This document shows, one piece after another, positions 59,165-64,000 of a DNA stretch of 64,000 bases. The position numbers and the translations under genes were made by a program. The stretch is from Felis catus (taxonomy: Eukaryota). Each line of letters begins with the position of its first letter. Within the stretch, counting starts at the first letter, position 1. A model generated the notes under the pieces. It worked only from the letters and a program-made list of their open reading frames with translations. It was not told where the DNA came from and searched no databases. The stretch lies in assembly GCF_018350175.1 (NCBI RefSeq), contig NC_058382.1:59336001-59400000 (forward strand), given 5' to 3'.

Positions 59165-59755
59165 ATACGCTGTATATGCCCTATGCTGTGCGGTTCACAA
59201 ACACGCAGTCGCTGAACCCCTCTGCTCTCCAGATCTGGAAAGTATCCATGCACATGCATTATGTACACATGTCCAAATACTGCAGCCCCACTGGCCTAAG
59301 ATCTAGGCAAGGAGCGCTCATACAGAAACACTGTATACACACGTTCATACGCGCACGCACGTTGTCACGCACGTTGTATTACGGAAACCCCAGCTGTCTT
59401 TTAATGTAGGACACAGTTTTCATACGTATACACTGGATTTACTTGGTCAGATACAAACTGTATCACGGAACCCCCATCTTCGTATGATTTAGGAAGCTTT
59501 CATGCACATAACACTTATATGGAATACAAAATACAAATACATTTTAATAATATAAAATACAAAAATATAAAATTTCTGTATGTTCAGATATAACTGCCCC
59601 ATCGATCCGTCCAAGCTGTCGTATGACCTCAGAAGAAGTAGTTTTCATATGTACTCACTGCGTACGTATGATCAGACACACACCGTGTTGCTGAATATCC
59701 CCCACGTTATCCAATGACCTGGTGAGTCTGTTCATACGTGTTCAGGACATAAACC
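59165..59755. repeat. Ancient degenerate ~80-90-bp tandem repeat (about 6 copies)
   Basis: Recurring blocks GTTTTCATAYGTA..CACTG, TATG.TCAGAYAYA, TGTATYACGGAAMCCCCA, TCGTATGA; unit starts near 59247, 59319, 59421, 59501, 59646, 59733. Confidence 0.7.
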
Positions 59756-59756
59756 C

Positions 59757-60001
59757 AGGGTGTCATTCCATGTGTTCTGGTCCTCTTTAATATCTTTCGA
59801 CAATATTCTGCAGTTTCCGTGGTACGAGGTTTGCACTCCTTAGCTCACCCCAGTCCTAAGTATTATATCCTTTCTGATGCTGTCATCAGTGGAATTGTTT
59901 TCTTAATTCCATTTCCAGATTCTTCATTGCTCGTGTATGAACACACGGTTGATTTTTGTATACTGAACTTGTATTCTACAACCTTGCCAAACTCTTTATT
60001 A
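59757..60001 (-). mobile_element. Old L1 ORF2 fragment
   Basis: GGAATTGTTTTCTTAATTCCATTTCCAGATTCTTCATTGCT...GATTTTTGTATACTGAACTTGTATTCTACAACCTTGCCAAACTC. Confidence 0.88.
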
Positions 60002-60004
60002 TGA

Positions 60005-60172
60005 TTATGGCAGAGCCCAAGATCAAAGGAGCCTGTGTTCCTGAACCGCCACGTGGGGAACGCCTGCTGAATCCATGGTCAAGTGCACGTGAGCAACGCA
60101 CAGACACGTGCTGTGTCAGGCACCAAGGTCGGGGGCATCTGCGTAGCAGCTGCCGTCACCTTAACTAGCACA
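60005..60172 (+). mobile_element. MLT1 LTR 3' fragment
   Basis: ATGGCAGAGCCCAAGATCAAAGGAGCCTGTGTTCCTGA...GTAGCAGC...TAACTAGCACA. Confidence 0.6.
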
Positions 60173-61481
60173 GCCTCCTACGTAAATGCCACTTCCTTTC
60201 TGGGTCGCTCCCTCCCTAAACGAGGAACCTTCCCTTGATTCTCTTTCTTATTTGTTTCCTTTTCAGCCTTACTAAAAACTGTAACTGTAGCTGCCTGTGT
60301 CATTGGTAAAACGTCTTTCTTCTAAGGCAGAGGCTCTGCTCACGTCATTCTTCACTCTACTGCTTGCTCAACACAGCACATAACACACTACGCAGCAGCA
60401 CAGCAACTATTCATGGAGTGCGTGAGCACACGTTTTTCTCCTTTTGTTTGGCTTCTGCGCCTGCTCGGAGCACTTCCGGTGCTGACAACAGCTGTGGGCT
60501 TCAGGGGCATGGCGAACACCACTCTGAGAGACCTACTCCTGTTCCCAAACCACCATCCGGGGAAGGAAGCATCCCCACTGGTACTTCGCTAACAAGACAG
60601 GGAGTCAGGATTCGAACCCGAGTTCGAATTTGCAGACATCCTCTCTGCAAATTCGACTTCCCGACCGGTTCCACAAGACGATCCGGCTCTGCAGGGGGCC
60701 CTGAGCTATTCCAGCTCCTTCCAGGAGAAGTGCAGATCTGAGAGTCTGGGGGTCCCCAGAGCAGCCAAGATCCCAACCAGGAACCATCCAGTGGTGGCTG
60801 GAGTGGGAAGGGGGTGCCTGAGGACTGACGCCCCTGTGAGGCTTCGGTTCGGCTCACACCTGAGCACACGGGCTCACAGGTTAGATAACACACCCACGGT
60901 CACACAGCTAGTAGATGGAGGACCCCAGGTCTGACCGGACTTCCATCTCCTCCACCCACACCCCAGCGTGTACGGGGGTGCCTGGCTGCCAGCACATCAC
61001 TTGGAGGTAGAGGGAGCACACTCAGAACGTCCTCAGGACTTACTGGCTGCCAGTCTGGAAAACTGCCTCTTGCAAAATACACATCTACAGTTTTGCACAA
61101 AAGTAGAATATAAAAACACCCACATATAAATATCTACCTCTCTCAGTCTCCAATGCCACATTCACTTTGATTTATGGAAGCATTTCCTTGCAATACGATA
61201 TGCCGGAAAGTTTGAGCCTATAGCTCAAGAAAAAAGTGAGGCATCTTAATTTCAAGGCAAATTAATTAAAATGCAATCCAAGCTCTTTGGAAATGACACA
61301 GAAATAGCATTCAAAGCTTGGTGTCCTTCCAGACAGAAACAGCCCGTCCCGCCTCCGGCCGGCATGATCCCATCGTTCAAGGAGCTCAGCTTGGGGTATC
61401 ACCTAGCACTTTTGTTGTTAGTATTCCAGTCTTTCCATCCTTCCAATAAATATTAAATAGAGAGAGTGCTGAGTCAGGTGG

Positions 61482-61931
61482 TGTTTCACTCAGGGTCCCA
61501 GCAAGAATCAGAAGGCACATTAAAAAGAGGCAACTTGAGTAAAGTTGAACAAAGGAACTGCAGAAGGTGTAGGCAGGATCGAAGGAAGCCAGGGGGGTGG
61601 TGCAGAAGCCCCAGGCAGCAGGCATGCGGGGAAGGGAGGGAGCAGGTACCAGAACCCAGGGAAGGGAGCAGCACAGTGAGGGCCCCCTGACGGGAGCCAG
61701 GGCCTGGGGTAGGAGCTTCGCAGAAGAAAACTGAGGGAACAAATATCCCAACCTCTCTCCTCCCACCGCCCCCCCACCCCGCCCCTGCCATGCCTCCTGG
61801 TGGCCCAACCCAAGCCGAAGGTGGAGAGTAAGGAAGCCACTGGTACGGCCCACCCAATCAGCCTCTGATCCCCGGAGCAGGGCAGGGAGGTGGAGGCGGG
61901 CCCCAAGGGCGCACAAAAGACACTCAGCACA
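61482..61931 (-). mobile_element. LTR33-type ERVL solo LTR
   Basis: TG..TCAGGGTCCCAGCAAGAATCAGAAGGCACATT...GGAACAAATATCCCAACCTCTCTCCTCCC...GGCCCAACCCAAGCCGAAGG...CAGCACA. Confidence 0.85.
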
Positions 61932-61934
61932 GAC

Positions 61935-62090
61935 GGTCTCACCCTTGTCTCCTCCTAGATGTGTGCCCCTGACACTCCACCTACCCGTCTGTGCCTCGGT
62001 CCGCTCTTCTGGCAAATGGAGACGGCACCCTCACAGCACTGGGGACGCTGTTGTGAAGAGTCACAGCGAGCCCTCAGCCCATCACGGCTG
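61935..62090 (+). mobile_element. MIR SINE fragment
   Basis: TCTGTGCCTCGGTCCGCTCTTCTGGCAAATGGAGA...GTTGTGAAGA. Confidence 0.55.
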
Positions 62091-62334
62091 CTGGCCATTC
62101 ACAGGATGTCACAGGCTGGAGGCGTGCAAGGCTCAGCTATCGTAATAGAGCTCATGTCTCGGCCCCTTCTTCCCAGTGCTCGCCTGAAAACCCTGAGACC
62201 TCACAGCTACGTCACACTCCACCCTATCACCATGGGGCGATAACGATGACGAGGTGATACAACCGCCTGCGAGGACTGTGGCAGGACTGAATGAGTTCAG
62301 GTGCACCACAAGCATGGAGGGCAGCAGTACACTG

Positions 62335-62714
62335 GAGGAGTGGCCCCGGCTTTCCACGGTGAGGAGGAGTCTGCTTCCCTGCCCTTGAATTCAGGCTGGT
62401 CGGCAACTGGCTTTGGCCCAGAGAGCAGCTGAAATAGGGGTGCTGGAGTTTTGAATGCAGCCCTCAAAGGGTCTTGCGCCCTGCCCCCAGAACCTTCACC
62501 GCCAGTGGGCCAGCCCAGCTGGCCTGCGGAAGGACAAGGGACCCCGTGCTGATGCAGCAGACAACCAGAGACGCTGAACGAGCCCCTCCAGGACCAGAAG
62601 GACCTCCCAGCTGAGCCCAGCCCAAGCTGCTGTAGAATCACGAGTAAGTAAACGGTGGTGTTTGAAACTGTTCCACTGGCAGAGGTCTGTTACGCAGTCA
62701 GATCTCATTGATAA
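62335..62714 (+). mobile_element. MLT1 (F/G/H-type) solo LTR
   Basis: GGAGTCTGCTTCCCTGCCCTTGAATTCAGGCTGG...CCCAGCTGAGCCCAGCCCAAG...AGAATCACGAGTAAGTAAACGGTGGTGTTTGAA. Confidence 0.8.
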
Positions 62715-63659
62715 GGCAAGTGATCGATCATTGGTAGCAGGTGCTGTTACCTGCTACTATTTCACTGGCAGTGATATCAGTCAGGCCTCTTGGGCCCTGG
62801 GTCATCGGTCCCACAAATATCTGTACAGCTCTCGGGGCCACCAGGTTCCTCGCGCTTTTTCCACACGGTGCTGTGGTCTGCATTTCACAGCTGAGAATCA
62901 GCTTCGGAAAGGGGACTGGACCCTCATCCAGGGAGTGGACAGCCAGACCAGGGCCCCAGTGGGCTCTCCCACAGTCACGGCCGGGACTCCCAGGGTGGAA
63001 GCTGTCCGGATCTTCTCTGAAGTGTGGCATTATCTGAACACTTTAAATTTCATTTTAATAACTTTGTTATTACAGGGTGAAGAGCGACAGGAATGTCTGA
63101 GTGGCGTTCTTTCTACCCTCAGTTCCACCATCCAAGTCAAACTCTGGGTTGGCCAGGACTCTGTCAGTGACAGAGCCTTACATGGTGTGGAGACCCCGTC
63201 TTTTCCACTGTCTGTGGCTCTGCCCTTCTGTGCCGATGACATCCCCAATAACGCCAGCTGTGACTGATGACCTGGGTCGTGTGACCATCCCCAAGCTGAC
63301 CCGTATGCTCAGGTGTAAACGGTGGTTACTGACAGGTCTTGGGAAAGTGTTCAAACCTGGTACACGATGGAGGACGGCCAGCCCAACCCAACTGCAAGAA
63401 AGGGTCTCCCTGGGAAAATCGGGATGTCATTGGCCAACTATGAACAGTGGTGGGGCCCCAACAGATCTGCACAGCCCCAGCTCCGGCCTCTGGTCTTGCC
63501 CCAGCCCAACGATAACCCAAAACTCCTAGAAGCAGAACGAGCCGACTCTGACCACGTCTAATCCTGGGAGCTTGTAGGTCGGAAAACGTCACACTACAAA
63601 AGATCTGGTTTCTAGATTTATTTGAGTAAATCATAACATATTTTAGCACCTTCTCACCA

Positions 63660-63760
63660 TACTAACGTGGCTGTGGCTCCTTCAGGAAAGTCACATGACT
63701 TCTGGGCTCAGTTTCCTCATCCATAAACTGAAAATATTAATACTGGTACTCAAGAAGGGC
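63660..63760 (+). mobile_element. MIR core fragment
   Basis: GGAAAGTCACATGACTTCTGGGCTCAGTTTCCTCATCCATAAACTG. Confidence 0.75.
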
Positions 63761-64000
63761 CACAGATACAAAGTATTTGAGACAAACGTTCTGGCCAGAT
63801 TTGTCATTTCTTTTTCACTGTTTTGTTTTTTGTTTTTTTTTTTTTAACAGCATTTCACAAAAGTGCAGCTGAAAAGACACAGTATTTTTCTCATCTGCTT
63901 AACTTCCTAAATGGGAATCCTACTCACACCTCTGTCTACACGGTGCTGACATCCACCTCCCGGCCACTTCTCAACACTTTTCCCGTCTTTGGAAATTGGT

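Noticed and set aside
59165..59755. Repeat-spacer (CRISPR-like) reading of the degenerate array
   Set aside because: Similarity is spread along whole units rather than forming constant repeats with unique spacers.
1..64000. Named host gene, miRNA cluster or novel protein-coding system
   Set aside because: No translated segment or hairpin matched a gene or mature miRNA I recognise. A gene symbol cannot be supported without a homology or synteny search.

Overview
Mammalian nuclear DNA, almost certainly felid (cat-like): it carries 11 tRNA-derived carnivore SINEs (SINEC/Can-SINE), including a young SINEC_Fc-type copy. The window is GC-rich non-coding (intronic or intergenic) sequence densely filled with ancient interspersed repeats: MIR, L2, L1, MaLR/MLT1 and LTR33 solo LTRs, MER5/MER58/MER20-type hAT elements. 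It also holds simple repeats, a near-perfect 49-bp VNTR (43.1-43.5 kb) and an old, degenerate ~85-bp tandem array (59.2-59.75 kb). I recognise no protein-coding exon, RNA gene, CRISPR array or novel enzymatic system. The long ORFs in the track are explained by GC richness or repeats. The most notable non-repeat structure is a ~9-kb stretch without recognisable transposons (about 29.8-38.6 kb). It has an AT-rich core, a consensus CTCF site, clustered AP-1 sites and a candidate minus-strand exon, which suggests a regulatory or 5'-UTR region of an unidentified gene or lncRNA. Repeat families were assigned by eye from remembered consensus sequences, so subfamily names and boundaries of old elements are approximate.
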